Origin: Macrostomum lignano
Lineage: Eukaryota
Length of the DNA stretch: 64,000 nt
Assembly (NCBI GenBank): GCA_002269645.1
Contig: NIVC01003969.1
Location: 1-64,000, forward strand
Direction of reading: 5' to 3'
The position numbers and the translations under genes are program-made. Position 1 is the stretch's first letter, and each line of letters begins with the position of its first letter. Below are positions 49,168-61,243 of the stretch, piece after piece. The notes beneath the pieces were generated by a model. It did not search any database. It saw only the letters and a list, made by a program, of their open reading frames with translations, and had not been told where the DNA came from.

Positions 49168-52100
49168 GGTTGGCAGGCTTGGTTGTTGGCAGCCCCCCTT
49201 ACACAGCGATACTGTCCCCTAGGTTAGGATGCAGTCGAAGTATCGAGAAATCCAATGCAATTTTCTAGTTGCAGGATCTCGTGATTTTGATTTCACTCGC
49301 GACTGATTTTCGATATTTTCTGGCTGCTTCCTTCGGTGAAGACATTTTAATATTGTTTCATTCTCGCTCTCTTTCTCTCTCTCTCTCTTCGGTAACGCGT
49401 GCTAATCACTCCCGCCCTCTACGCTTTCACCATTGGCTGAGTAACGAAACTAAACGCGGTTGGCTGACGAAACAGCAAAATCGTGGCATGGCTGGGTGAG
49501 AAGTACGCGCGCCATCCCCACCCCCGCGAGTGCTATGGTGTCGCGAGACGTTTGCTGTTGCGCTAAGCTGAGGTGAGGCCTTGTCTCAGCTGTTCCTGAT
49601 TCCCGCTCCCCCACCCCACTATTTCTTTCCCTTGCTCCCCTCTCTGCTTATATCTCATTGCCCACCTCGCTCCCTGATCCCACAGGCCTTTTCTGCTTCC
49701 GCGTGAGCGTGCGGGTGCTTAGGTTGAAGAATGAGAGCAAGAGAGAGAGGGAAAGGGACAGGGAGGGAATTACGGAATCCCGCAGCACTTTTGAGTGCAA
49801 AGCAGCTCATAACGCCACCTAACGCCCCGTCCGCTTCCTTGGACCAAGTCCTCCACGGTTTTAGGGGCTAAACAGAAAGGGGGTCGGTTGAGCAGTAACG
49901 CTGCCGCCATCTCAGTCTCAGAGCACTGTGGGGGCATTATCCAGTGCAACTCCCCCCCCCCACAGATAACCCCCTGGGGGCATGGGAGGCCTCTCTGTCT
50001 TGTTCTGCCTTCCTGTCTGTCCCCACCCGCCAGTCCGCTCAAACACTTTAATGCTTTTTTCTTCCGCATTTTCTCTCTCTCGCTCTCTCTCTGCGGCGGA
50101 GCTTTGCATTAATAAATACAAATTTTATACGCCTAAAAATGCAGAGCCAGCTTATGTAACAAGCCGGAACAGCGGGTCAAAAAGCCGGGCGGACAAGCCC
50201 CCCCCTCTCCCCGTCGTCCCCGGCCCCCTCTTGCGCATCCTGAATTTATTAAATGCTTTGAATAAAAAAAGTTTGGTGTGACTGTCAGAGCAATGCTGCG
50301 CAAAATGCTGAGATGGGGCAGGGGTGCATAGCCTACGGCTCAAGCATACGCTCGTAGAGAACACCTGGTTGGATGATGTAAAGCCGCCTTCTGCTTCTTA
50401 TATTTTACCCGCGATTTCCTATATGCCTAAAAATCATAAAATATGGCACAGCTCGACTCATAGTTTTTTATGACTCTACTAGCGTCTTTTATAATTTCGG
50501 CAAAGCATAATTGTCGGCAAAGCATAATAAAAAAGAAAGAGTCCTAAAACCAATGAGTCGATCCGCGCCATTTTTATATGATTTTAAACACAGTGCATGT
50601 ACGATTGTACGTAGGATATAAAATTGAATATCAATAGAGCTATAATATAAGAAAGGCAAAAAATAACAAAAGATGAACACTTGGGTCTCCCTTCTATTAA
50701 AAAGCAATAAAAAATTTTGCGTTGAAAAATGAAGCCTCCTATCTCCGTAATGTCTTTTTTGGTAAAACATAGCTATCTAAAATTTTCCAAAAAACGTTAC
50801 ATTAGTTTCAAGGCTCGTTCCAGAATACCGCCGTGACACATAATGAGTTGGTTGTCGTCTCTGTCCCCTACAGCCCCCTCTGCAAACTTACTAATATAGC
50901 CAGTAGCTTTATGTATGTGTAACACGCAACTGACAGTGTTTATACAGTTCAAGAGGTATCCTTTGGTCGACTGATTTGCACTTCAGGTCACGCGGTGACA
51001 GGATGTCAAACTTCGTTACGTCTATATGAGGTTCTCTGGTCTTTCAACCGAGGTTAAGTGCATAGAGCCCGCTATAGTGAAGTAAATGAGCTACAAGAGG
51101 TGAAGCCGTGAGGTGCAGCTCCAATTAGCGTTTTTAGCGGTCATAAATTTAATTGGATTGTTGATGCCTATCATCAAATTTGAAGCTAAAGGATATACTT
51201 CCGTACTATTAGAAATTCCCTACTGAATGCTTCCAATCGTCCTTTAAAGGCTTGAATGATCGAAGAGCTCCGGCACAAACCTGCAATATCATTGTGCTGC
51301 AATAGAGCCATATACTGTAAATGAGCAAACACGAACTTTCACAGTTGCACAATGAGCCTGCAGTATCGAGGATTAAATTATATGCAAATGTAATTGGCTG
51401 TGTTGCTACAGGATGGAGCAGGTTAGTGATAAACTCGTCTGACTCTGGCGCCACGACACCTGGTTTGGTTCTGTGCATCTCTACACGCTATGAGTATGAG
51501 CGTGTTTGCTCAGGATGTGCTCACGAGTCAGCGGATGTGTCCAGAATTGCCGTCAGCGCTGATTGTGGGACATTTTCACCGACGTGTCCACATCTCTTCC
51601 TGCAATTGCTCATGCTCATGTGGGCTGTTGAGATGCCAAGTGTCAATAGGGAGATGTTGGTACGCCAAGCATCAAAGGGAGAGTTAGCGTTAAGACATGG
51701 CGGAAAGTGAGCTAGGATTTGATGTCAAAGCTGAAAGGGGGTGCTGATATCTTTTGCTACGAGTAGATACTCGCGTAGCAGCTGACTTTCAAACATCTTT
51801 TTTTCCTTAAGAAACTAAAGAAACTTGTATGTAACACAATGTCGAAAGCTACATATGTAGCTTATTAAAAAATATTCATTTTTGTTGCCTTCCTATAAGA
51901 GAGAGAAGAATGCTAGTCCTCCATAGATAAAAAATGACAGTAAAGCTCGACAGTAATGTCTACTGAATGGTAGATGAGTTTCTGGGAAGCGTACGTCTCG
52001 AGAAAAGCAGGAAAGTCTCGAGATTGATAAAGGAGTCTCGAGATAATTATGGAATGGAACGATGAAATGATGGATGGAAGAGTCTGAAGACTGATGAGTA

Positions 52101-52523
52101 TCATTGAAGAGTCTCGAGAATGACTGAAGAGTCAGGTTGCAGAGAAGGCTGCTGCTGCTGCTGCTGCTGCTGTCATTCCGCCCGGATCGGAATGGCTTGA
52201 TGACTGCTAGGCTGTAAAATATGCAAAAAAATCCACAAAGTTTTTTATTGATTCAAACGACATAAAAACGTTTTGCCCTGCAGATAGGAAGCAGCTTCGA
52301 AGTTTTTATGCTCCAAATTTTAATTGGAAAATTTGAAAACTTCTTCAAACAAGTCAAGCTGCGGTGCTAGAAAGCTAGAAAAGTTTCTTTATTCTAGTTG
52401 GTTACAGTCCTTAACTTTGCTAATAAATACTTTTACAGCAGAAGAATATCGGTTGGAAGGTTTATATCTCTAGCCCGCTACTTAAAGTAACAGAGAAAGG
52501 GTTTTATTAGTAGAACATCTTGC

Positions 52524-54214
52524 TCAGTAACCGTGCTCATGGTTGATCTTCTTTGATGTCACTCCGCCAACCCCGCTGCCAGGCTTGCTGTCCTGGGTCA
52601 ACCTGGCCACGTCCTCCCGGTTCATGAGGTCGTTCAACTCCTGCTCGATGCGCAGCAGCTTGGCATTGCTCTCGTTCTCCTTGAACAGGGTGTCCTTACA
52701 GGTAACCTGAGCCAGGAGCGAGTTCAACTGCGACTGCTCCAAGTTTTTGAATACAGTTTGATGATTTTGGTTAGGCTCCGAATCGATCTCCTGGATGAGG
52801 TTGTGCAGTCCGTAGTTCAGAGCCCGGGTGTCGCCGCCCTGCTTGGCGCCCGGATCCGACAGCTGACTGTCGCGCGGCAGCTTCTGAGCGGCCGGTTGAT
52901 CTGCAAGCGGACAAAAATACACAATTAAAGCTTTTACTTAAAGCCAGTTCATACTGCCCGACAAGTGGAAAGCGAGGACTTTCTGTACCCGGTATTACGG
53001 TTTAGAAACTCCGGGGCTCTGGTCAGTTTTGGGTCGCCGATCCGGAGACTGCAAACGGGCTGGGATCTCCGACCATCTTAAAGGGTTTAGGATCTCCTTC
53101 GGAGAATACAAACGGTTAGGGATCTCCACGATCGGAGATCCGTAACCGTTGTGGGATCTCCGGGGCATGGTCAGGTCTCCCTATCCGGAGATCCAAAACC
53201 AGATTCTGTTATCCCCTCGGAGATTCTACACCGATATCCGTGAGGGCGATTGTAAAATCACGTAATTTTTTTGGCCGGAGATCCTTAACTCCGGAGAGCA
53301 GAAACCCTAACACCGGCTGAGTAAGTGTGTGAAGTGCCATACCAGCCGTTTTTGCAAACTAATTACAACAGTGTATGAGCACCCTGACGAACTTTAAGCG
53401 ACATTGTCACACAACCAGCGAGAGGCATTACTGCCCATTCCGCCGACTCCCCTGAGCAGGTACACAAGCGCGCGGATACGTACGCAATCATACGCACAGC
53501 AGCCCTAACTTTATTTAACGTTAGTTATGTACACTTTACTGTGCCTTGGGGGTTGGCCCTCAGGGCCGCTAATTGCGCGAGCAGAGCCAAGCCGAGAATC
53601 GAACTTGGGCCGCTAGAGCCAAGATAGCTACGAGCGTATCAAGCGTCAACAGATATAGCTCGCAGACTTTTATGCTTCCATTTACGCTCCTAGCAATAGC
53701 CAAAGAAGTTTCTATACAGTGGAACTAAAATCTGGTAATTCAGACACTCGTGTCGTTCTACAAAAGAATGCACTGCAGACTATGCAAACCATTTAATCAG
53801 CTCAATGTTCGCTCTCGTTTGTGTCTCACCTCCTCCTGTGTTTTTCACTCCGCCAATGCCAAACTTGAGTATGGACACATCCGCGCCCAACGCCTGCTGC
53901 CCAATGGAGGCAGTGGAGTCAAGCGAGCCACGGTTTAAATCCGCAGGCGGTGTGCACAGCGGGAAGTGCTGCCGCACAATGCGACTCTGCTCAACTTCAA
54001 TGTCAATCGGTAGCAGCATCCGTTTTTGATCAGGGGAAGCCTCCAGCTTCTTGCGCAGGATGGCGCACACCAGGCACTCGGGATCGCGGCGCTTGCCGCA
54101 GGCTTCCATCATCCGCTGGATCCCTTCGCGACTCAGACTTTCCGAGTGGTTTATAACAGTGACGTCATTTAAGTGTTTTTCGCCGATTGACGCTGTCTGT
54201 TTGCTTTTTTGCAT
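52524..54214 (-). CDS. Unknown protein, 2 exons (54214-53830 and 52900-52524), about 253 aa
   Basis: GTGAGA donor and TTGCAG acceptor join in phase 1 (GG|DQPAAQ). Both exons are long non-repetitive open frames. Confidence 0.65.
52989..53316. mobile_element. MITE-like element with imperfect TIRs and internal GGATCTCC/GGAGATCC hairpins (intronic)
   Basis: CCGGTATTACGGTTT..CTCCGG at the left, CCGGAG..AAACCCTAACACCGG at the right. Confidence 0.5.
53370..53670 (-). mobile_element. tRNA-derived SINE, best-preserved copy (intronic)
   Basis: B box GTTCGATTCTC on the minus strand. The body is shared with four other loci in the window. Confidence 0.75.
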
Positions 54215-54544
54215 TTTAAAAGGAGCTGACTTGGGGCGATTTAAGTAAAAGCAGCAATACTATTGAGCAATTTTAACTTCCCAAATAATACGAGCGTTTT
54301 TGACACCATTAATAAAGCAAGCAGACATAGACAATTGTTTTTCCTTAATCGGGGATCTGTTTTATTAATTGATAATAATTGATTACACCTGCCCCACTTG
54401 GCCCAGATGTGCAACCGACAGCTCAGCCGCAGCTTGTGCGGGGCATCTGAAGGCTGCGTACGGCTGTTCAGTCCAAGGACTGTGGGGTCGTCACACAACC
54501 TCGATTACCCCAGCTAATGCTGGCACCAATTTTTAAGTTGAGTG

Positions 54545-54669
54545 AACTGAAGCAATGCAGAGCTTAAAGTGCCTTGCTCAAGGCCACAAATTGTTCCAGT
54601 GGGATCGAGAATCGAACCCTCGACCTTCAAGTCGTGAGTCCGACGCTCTGACCACTAGGCTATCACTCC
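54545..54669 (-). mobile_element. tRNA-derived CORE-like SINE (second family)
   Basis: Minus strand reads A box TAGCCTAGTGG, B box GGTTCGATTCTC, then GTGGCCTTGAGCAAGGCACTT, which resembles the CORE/MIR motif. Confidence 0.75.
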
Positions 54670-54789
54670 TTAGTTTTTATTTTTTCAACTTTTCTTGATT
54701 TTTTTCAACAAAAGTAAGGCAATAGACTATAAGGAAATAATAAACGCTTAATGATAGGTACTTGATTTCATTCCTGATTTCACGCACAG

Positions 54790-55037
54790 ATGTGGGCAGA
54801 AACACCTACACGACGAAGATTCGGCAGTCCAGCCCTCCGGTGACTTCCGATTCAACTTCTATCTGGTCGGCCGCTGCCCCATCCGTCATGCGCTGCCTTT
54901 CCAAGTGCAGCGCCAGAGCCGACTGCCAGGCCGCCGTTTTCTCCAAGCGGCTGCTCGCCTGCCACCTGCTGGAGTTCGCCTACCCGCCAGCCAGCCTGAC
55001 CGGACCCGACTGGACTCTCTACCAGCGTGGCTGCTGA
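54790..55037 (+). CDS. Terminal exon of a small PAN/apple-like domain protein
   Basis: SVMRCLSKCSARADCQAAVFSKRLLACHLL has PAN-type Cys spacing. Acceptor CACAG at 54789; upstream exon not found. Confidence 0.5.
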
Positions 55038-56004
55038 AAACGATGACAACAAAAAAATTGACTTTTTTGGATAACCAAACGCAAATCAAGAACGTTGTCT
55101 TCTGTTGTCCTTGATGCAAAAAATAAACCCATCATTTACTTGCTAACCGTTTGATTGAAGCCTAGCTTAACAGTTCGTCCAATTGAACTAGCAAAACGAT
55201 TGTAATCGTCAAGATGTTGACGAATTGACTGCAAAATATGGAGTTTCTACCAGCGGAGACTCCTGCTTGCTTAATTATATTTAGATTTTAACAATTAGCA
55301 AGCTATGCGCGAGTATTTCTATCCAATCCAACAGAGCTAATAGTGTCATTACATCGAGGCAAAACGCTTTTTTTCAGGCAGCCTCTGTCTTTGGTGGGCA
55401 CCAGTGTATCTTGGTGGGCGCCCATTTCTGTAGGTTGGCGCCCCTTTTTTAGGTTGGCGCCCCTGTCTCTTGGTGGGCCCCTCTTTTCTCTTGGTGGGCG
55501 CCAGTGTCTCTTGGTGAGCGACCCTCTAAGTTCGCCACTTCAATGCAATCAGCTTGAACTTCAAGAAAGTCAAGAAAGTCAAGAAAGTCAAAGTCAAGAA
55601 AGCAAAAATTGACTCACTCTCACTCATATCTTTGATTGATAAAAATTCCCCTATGGCACTTGAAATATCGTGGCAGCAACATTATATTATCACTCTCTGA
55701 ATTAGTAAGGAATCTTAGCCCCTGACAGAGCAGTTCAGTGAGCAGTTTTTAATTGCATTTCGTTCCCACAGCCTTACAGGAAAACTCTGCTTCAAAGTTA
55801 CTGCATGGAAACATGTGATTGAAGTTGATGCAGCTTGTGGATGCGAAAAGTTGGACTGGTGAAGACTTGGCTGATTTTCTGATTTAATCAACAATTCAAA
55901 GCACGAGCAGTTTCATAGGCTGGCTTTAGGTTAGATTTGGCTTCCACAATATCTCTTCATCAAGAGATTACAAAATGGTTAATAAGGTATTTAGTTGTAA
56001 AAGA

Positions 56005-56195
56005 AATCTGACTGACTGACTCACTGACTTAGTGAGTGGGTGACTGACTGACTTAGTGAGTGGGTGACTGACTGACTGACTGACTGACTGACTGACTGAC
56101 TGACTGACTGACTGACTGACTGACTGACTGACTGACTGACTGACTGACTGACTGACTGACTGACTGACTTAGTGAGTGGGTGACTAGCTGACTGA
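56005..56195. repeat. (ACTG)n microsatellite
   Basis: Read directly. Confidence 0.95.
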
Positions 56196-56711
56196 CCGTA
56201 AGTAGGCAACGTTAATGAATTGGCTTCACAAGGTTTGATAACAGATTCATCTCTTCAAAATGTTATCAGTAGTGTAGATAATATGACAATATGGTTTGCA
56301 AACAGCGATATTGCTAGACTGTAAAGTATTGCGTAGCGTTCAAGCGTAAATGCTGCAAATCAACAGAAAAAACCGGATGTTTGGGCAGCCCACACGAGGT
56401 TCAACGGTCTTTCCTTAGTCCTCAATATCGGAGCAGGTGGAAATATATTACTTTGGCAGAAAAAAGTTAATGAATAATGCATTTATTCGCCCAAGGAGCT
56501 GCGTGTGCACTTTTTCACCCCCCTCTCTACCTCGTCACTGTGCGAACCCGGCAAACATCAAGCGGGAACCAAGAAGTTTTTTCGGTTCTCTCTCTCCCTC
56601 TCCTTCCTCTTCGCTTCAACGTATTGTAAACTGGCTATTGCGCCGCAGCCTCCAGCCCGCTTATCTTATCGGACCCGTTGCTCCTTAAATGCGCATTCCG
56701 ATGGATAGAGA

Positions 56712-57989
56712 ATGAGGCCAGATCCGAAGAAATACCAGATTTTAGCTTGGCTGCTTAAAGCGGCTCTCGAGCACACTATGCCAGATCTCGAGGGTGAAAA
56801 CTGCAGCACCGGTTCGCTGGGAAACTGGACAACTCAGTTTTATCCTACGACTCAGTATCCTTTCAGTGAATCGTGGAACAAATTTCACTGGTGCGTCTTT
56901 GTTTGGCTGTTTCCGACGCTCTGCTTTGTTGGCGGCGTGATGAATTCGCTCTGCTTCTGGGTGATCCTGAGGCATCGCCGCCTGTTCCCGAGGGTCACTC
57001 GGCTGTTCATGCTCATCATTAGCCTGAACGATGCTCTCATCCTACTGCTGAAGGCACCGACGCATTATTTGACTTACATGTCGCAGCCGTTCGTAGCAAA
57101 TGCCTGGGACTGGTTCGTCAATCCATTTTACGGCAGTCACGCTGGTTGCATTCTCTATGTGTTCGTCACCCACTATGCCCTGTTTGGTGCGCCTTTCTTT
57201 CAGCTGGGCCTCACTGTGGATCGCCTGGTAGCCGTGGCGACTCCGTTAAGAGCTCGGCGCATTATGACAGTGACAAAGACTGCAGCTCTGCTAGCTGCGG
57301 TGACCACTTTGGCCATGGTACTGCCGGTACTGCGCACGGCCACAACTAGCTGGAATGCAGACACTTCAGCCTGCATCGTTGGGGAGAACCAATACTATGA
57401 GTCAACCTATGTGAAGCTCGAACTGTTCTATGGCCGAGTGGCTCTGACTGTCTGCCTCATCTCTGGCTCGCTGGTGATTTGCATCCTTCTCCGCCGGTCG
57501 GATGTTGCGGCAGCCGATGCTGCAGCTGAACTGGGTCAGGCCAACAACAGAACGGCCGCTGTGCGAAGATTCCGGACACTCACTCGTCTCAGCATTCTGT
57601 TGGGCCTTTTCAATGCAGCCTTTTTGATTTGCAATCTACCTTGGAGTTTGGCCGAAATGTTGCATCTAGTTGGCGCCCTCGACCAGATACCGTCGAACAC
57701 TTACGAGCTTCTCTTGCGTCAATTGAACACTCTGATGTACTTTCAGTGCGTTCTAAACGTTCTGGTGTACTTTTCTGGCGGAAGCTTCAGACAGAAGTTC
57801 TCCGCTACCTACTCTCGCGGCTGTTGTCGGCAAATCTGTTGTTGCTGTCCTCAGCAGTCGGGCGCGATTGTCGAAGCAAACGTCTTCTCGTTCAGCGGGA
57901 CCGTTAATCCCATGGCTGCCGCCGGTAGATATCAGAGAAATCGAGACTCCGGATTCAGAAACGTTCGCGACTCAACCAAGAACTGTTAA
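56712..57989 (+). CDS. Class A peptide-type GPCR (FMRFamide/Srw-like), intronless; ATG may be 56778
   Basis: Seven hydrophobic segments, GGVMN in TM1, LTVDRLVAVATPLR (DRY variant), CNLPW in TM6, LNVLVY in TM7, N-glycosylation sequons. Confidence 0.88.
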   Translation: MRPDPKKYQILAWLLKAALEHTMPDLEGENCSTGSLGNWTTQFYPTTQYPFSESWNKFHWCVFVWLFPTLCFVGGVMNSLCFWVILRHRRLFPRVTRLFMLIISLNDALILLLKAPTHYLTYMSQPFVANAWDWFVNPFYGSHAGCILYVFVTHYALFGAPFFQLGLTVDRLVAVATPLRARRIMTVTKTAALLAAVTTLAMVLPVLRTATTSWNADTSACIVGENQYYESTYVKLELFYGRVALTVCLISGSLVICILLRRSDVAAADAAAELGQANNRTAAVRRFRTLTRLSILLGLFNAAFLICNLPWSLAEMLHLVGALDQIPSNTYELLLRQLNTLMYFQCVLNVLVYFSGGSFRQKFSATYSRGCCRQICCCCPQQSGAIVEANVFSFSGTVNPMAAAGRYQRNRDSGFRNVRDSTKNC

Positions 57990-58917
57990 AACTTGCACTT
58001 CAAGCCACTTCAAGCACCTTGATAGACGTGTCCTAAGCCACAAGTAAAATTATATGAAGTTTGTATTATTTCATTAAAATGTTTTTTAACTATACAGACA
58101 TTCTGTTGTTTATTTTGTCAATCAGCTAGCTTCTCATCAGCTAAGTTTGTGTAATAGAAAAACTAATGTGTACATGGTTGATTGTTATAAAAACGTTATT
58201 GTTAGAATGACTTTGAATTCCATGAATGCGTGCGCATATAGGCCAGAGCAAGACTATGCAAGATTTCATACAACACGTATTTGACTAGCTCTCTGATGTA
58301 GCTTGGAAGAGAATTTAGACCTTTAAAGGAATATTCATAATTTTTGTGTTTATACTTCCTGCCTGTATCCTGGATCTTGGTACTTCCTGGATGTTTGGTT
58401 CTTGTTTCAAATACCTACTGATACTGACTTTTTTGCGATATTTATTGATATAGGCTTCGCTCGTAAAGTCGAGAAGTCGAAAAGTTGCGTAGATAGTTCT
58501 GAACTTTGTCGGCGCTGCATCTTATGCTGGTGCTGCACTAGCTATAGCAGCAATCGTTCTCTACTTCGTTTCCGGGTTCCAAGCCAGCGCTGCATATATA
58601 AACAAAAGATGCAAACTATCTAACCTTCAAACGCGCCAATTCCTATAAAAATGCGTGTAGACATCATAAATGCGCATAAAGAGCGAACAATGTGTTTAAA
58701 CTTAGCGACATCCGATATGGTTTAAGACGACGTTTTGGTCTGTATCGCATGACAAAACGCGAACAATGATAAAATGGCTTGGTTTCCTAAAAATACTACA
58801 CCATTATTTTGATGACTTTGTTTAACGTATGCCACTTTGGATGCTACTTGTATATTAGGACAGTAAATTTTCTACCTTGCTAGTTCAACTGAAAGCGACA
58901 TCTGAAGAATCACAACC

Positions 58918-59339
58918 ATGCATCATTGCATTCGGAAACTTGTGTATTTAGCTGCCGTCGCTACGTTTATTTGCTGTGTGGCTCTTCAAAGCTGTACAAC
59001 GGTCAGATATCACAGGCTAAATCTGGAACCGTCAGAGACACTGACTAAATCCGATAACAAAGCGACGCATTCAGCAGTGAATATTGGCGGATTTCACGCT
59101 CACTACCGACAGTTGCGAGAGGAAATCACTCGAAAATATTTGTACTGGTTTGATCGGCACAAACTCCTGCCAGTGATGCGGCTCAAGTCTGAGGAGGCCA
59201 ACTTTCAACTACGAGTGAAAGCTGGTCTAGAGTGGATGCATCGGCAGGACCTGGTGGTGGCAATCACTGTTCGCGATGCAGCTCAAGGCCTGCCCGACTC
59301 GCTGGCGAACCTCGACCGTTTGAGAGCCCTGTTTAACAG
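58918..59339 (+). CDS. First exon of a type II membrane protein, possibly a GT-A glycosyltransferase
   Basis: N-terminal TM anchor, then LVVAITVRDAAQGLPDSLANLDRLRALF, a beta-alpha start typical of GT-A folds. Donor AG|GTTTGT at 59340. Confidence 0.55.
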
Positions 59340-59699
59340 GTTTGTGAAGGGGCTGTCTTTTCAATGCCTTACAAAATATTATTTTTATCCTCGACTCCGC
59401 CTTCTTTTTCCATTCCTGGAGACTTCAATTTTATTAAAAACTAAATCTGGACTGCAGTATTACTAGTAGGACTCTGATTGCAGAAAGGGTTTTGGTCATG
59501 AGGTCACCATGGCACCCTGGCAATTCCGCTGGGTCCTGAGAACAGACAAACGCGCCAATACTGCATGTACGCAGGCACGCACTCGTACACACGCTCACAC
59601 AGGGTGTACAGCAGTTCTGACTTTCTAACCGTCATGAATGTCCACTCTCTTTAGTAGAAGGCATGAGGGGGCTTTTGGGACAAAATTTTTCACATCCTC

Positions 59700-59910
59700 C
59701 ATAATCCCATTAAATCCATCCATATTATCCCCGACAGAATCAGAAAAAAAGGGGGGTCGCACTCGCTCACAAAACGTCCTCCATAATCCCATTAAATCCA
59801 TCCATATTATCCCTGACAGAATCATGAAAAAGGGGAGGGGCCGCACTTGCTCCGAAAACTTCGAACATAATCCCATTAAATCCATCCATATTATCCCTGA
59901 CAGAATCAGA
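59700..59910. repeat. Three 82-84-bp subterminal direct repeats
   Basis: CATAATCCCATTAAATCCATCCATATTATCCC at 59700, 59782 and 59866. Confidence 0.92.
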
Positions 59911-60114
59911 GCAGGTGTCCACTGATACCCGTTATGCTCACTGACACTGACATAATCCACTGACATCCACCCATAGCATCTTCGAAACAATCAGAAAATA
60001 ATCTGCATTCTTATCCCCACATTCGATTCGCAACATGAAACCAGATCCCAAAGACTTTAAATCATCAGCGCAGGGTCCTTACCCTTTGAAAAAAAAATTA
60101 AATTCTCAATAAAA

Positions 60115-60351
60115 ATGTTTCCAGTTGTCTCTCCAGGTTCCTATTATACTCAGCCTCATCCATTGTACAAATCCAAGTACCGATGCAAACTTGAATGCAG
60201 CGAATACATGAGAAAATATTGGCCCAACGTTGATATCCATGTCCCTAATATTAATCTAGCTCTCCAAAGACACTGGTTTCATAAGTATGGAGTAGTCATT
60301 AACGATTACGACAGCTACTATAACTTTGCAGAAATCATTAGGCAATTGTGA
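60115..60351 (+). CDS. Small Tyr-rich viral ORF (78 aa), function unknown
   Basis: AATAAAAATG start context. Its stop lies 4 bp from the convergent mCP stop. Confidence 0.6.
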   Translation: MFPVVSPGSYYTQPHPLYKSKYRCKLECSEYMRKYWPNVDIHVPNINLALQRHWFHKYGVVINDYDSYYNFAEIIRQL

Positions 60352-60355
60352 TTTC

Positions 60356-61219
60356 TTACATTCTCTCAATGATCAACGTCAATACAAACTCTTCACCGTT
60401 GAAATCAACACCCATCCCATCTTCAGTCTCAAACTGTAGCACAATCTCGTGAATCTCCTTATTACTCAATACAACTCTTTTCACTGGATTTGGTTTCTCT
60501 ACCACCATCTGTCCTCCAGCAACAGAGTTGGAGATGTTGTACAAAATATTCGTTCGCTTTCCCTTAAATACCCAATCAAGACTGAGATTGCTTCTGATTA
60601 GAATATTCAAACCCTTTACAATGTCTGCAATATTGGGTGCTAAGAACAAACCGCTTACACTTTCCCGGACCATTCTAACAGTCCCCGATGCTTGAGTGGC
60701 GGTCCGCGCCGCGGATTCTGCCTTATAAACTTTCTTCTCGAATCCCAGTTCCCTATACCAAGTGTCATCTTTAAACTCAACCTCCGCATCTTTGTGAACT
60801 TGCATGACCACTCTCATTACAGTGAGATCATAGGTTAGTTTGACAGGGAACAGTTTCTTCTCTGGCTTACTCGCATCAGGTGTCTCAAAATGGCCTCTCT
60901 TAGTAAAGACATTTTCTAGAAAGTAATTGTAGGTATCCACACTTTGCGTGCTCACATGGAATACCACAGGGTCTGCTGCTGCACCTTTCCATTTGTAATA
61001 AAACTTATTATTTGCTGCCATCACATTGGGAACGTTTGACCAACCAGTGAAGTCGTTAAGATAGACATGGTAATTAGCGCCTGGATCCAGGCTAATCGCC
61101 TGCTCTAATTTTTGAACAAATATCCCGTTTGAGTCATTAATCCGCCCAGTTATTGTAATAGGAATGCTCTCCTTGGAGTGCGAAATAATATTGTTTAGTC
61201 TTTCGGCTATAGCTTCCAT
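60356..61219 (-). CDS. Minor capsid protein (penton, single jelly roll), 287 aa from ATG 61219
   Basis: VPN..NNKFYY ... NILIRSNL..KGKRTNILY..GQMVVEKPN..IHEIVLQFETEDGMGVDFNGEEFVLTLIIE follows the Polinton mCP pattern. Confidence 0.82.
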   Translation of the reverse strand: MEAIAERLNNIISHSKESIPITITGRINDSNGIFVQKLEQAISLDPGANYHVYLNDFTGWSNVPNVMAANNKFYYKWKGAAADPVVFHVSTQSVDTYNYFLENVFTKRGHFETPDASKPEKKLFPVKLTYDLTVMRVVMQVHKDAEVEFKDDTWYRELGFEKKVYKAESAARTATQASGTVRMVRESVSGLFLAPNIADIVKGLNILIRSNLSLDWVFKGKRTNILYNISNSVAGGQMVVEKPNPVKRVVLSNKEIHEIVLQFETEDGMGVDFNGEEFVLTLIIERM

Positions 61220-61243
61220 TTTTTTCACCCACAAAAAAAATAT

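Noticed and set aside
51209-51710. Cys-containing 129-aa ORF
   Set aside because: It has a non-ATG start, no family motif and no clear splice sites.
54598-54669. A genuine tRNA gene
   Set aside because: The anticodon and acceptor stems do not pair, and it runs into a CORE-like body, so it is a SINE head.
55343-55520. TTGGTGGGCGCC short repeats
   Set aside because: A degenerate low-copy repeat with no definable ends or coding signal.
59615-59650. About 30-bp similarity to the minus strand of 19862-19892
   Set aside because: It is short, does not extend on either side, and is close to chance expectation in 64 kb.
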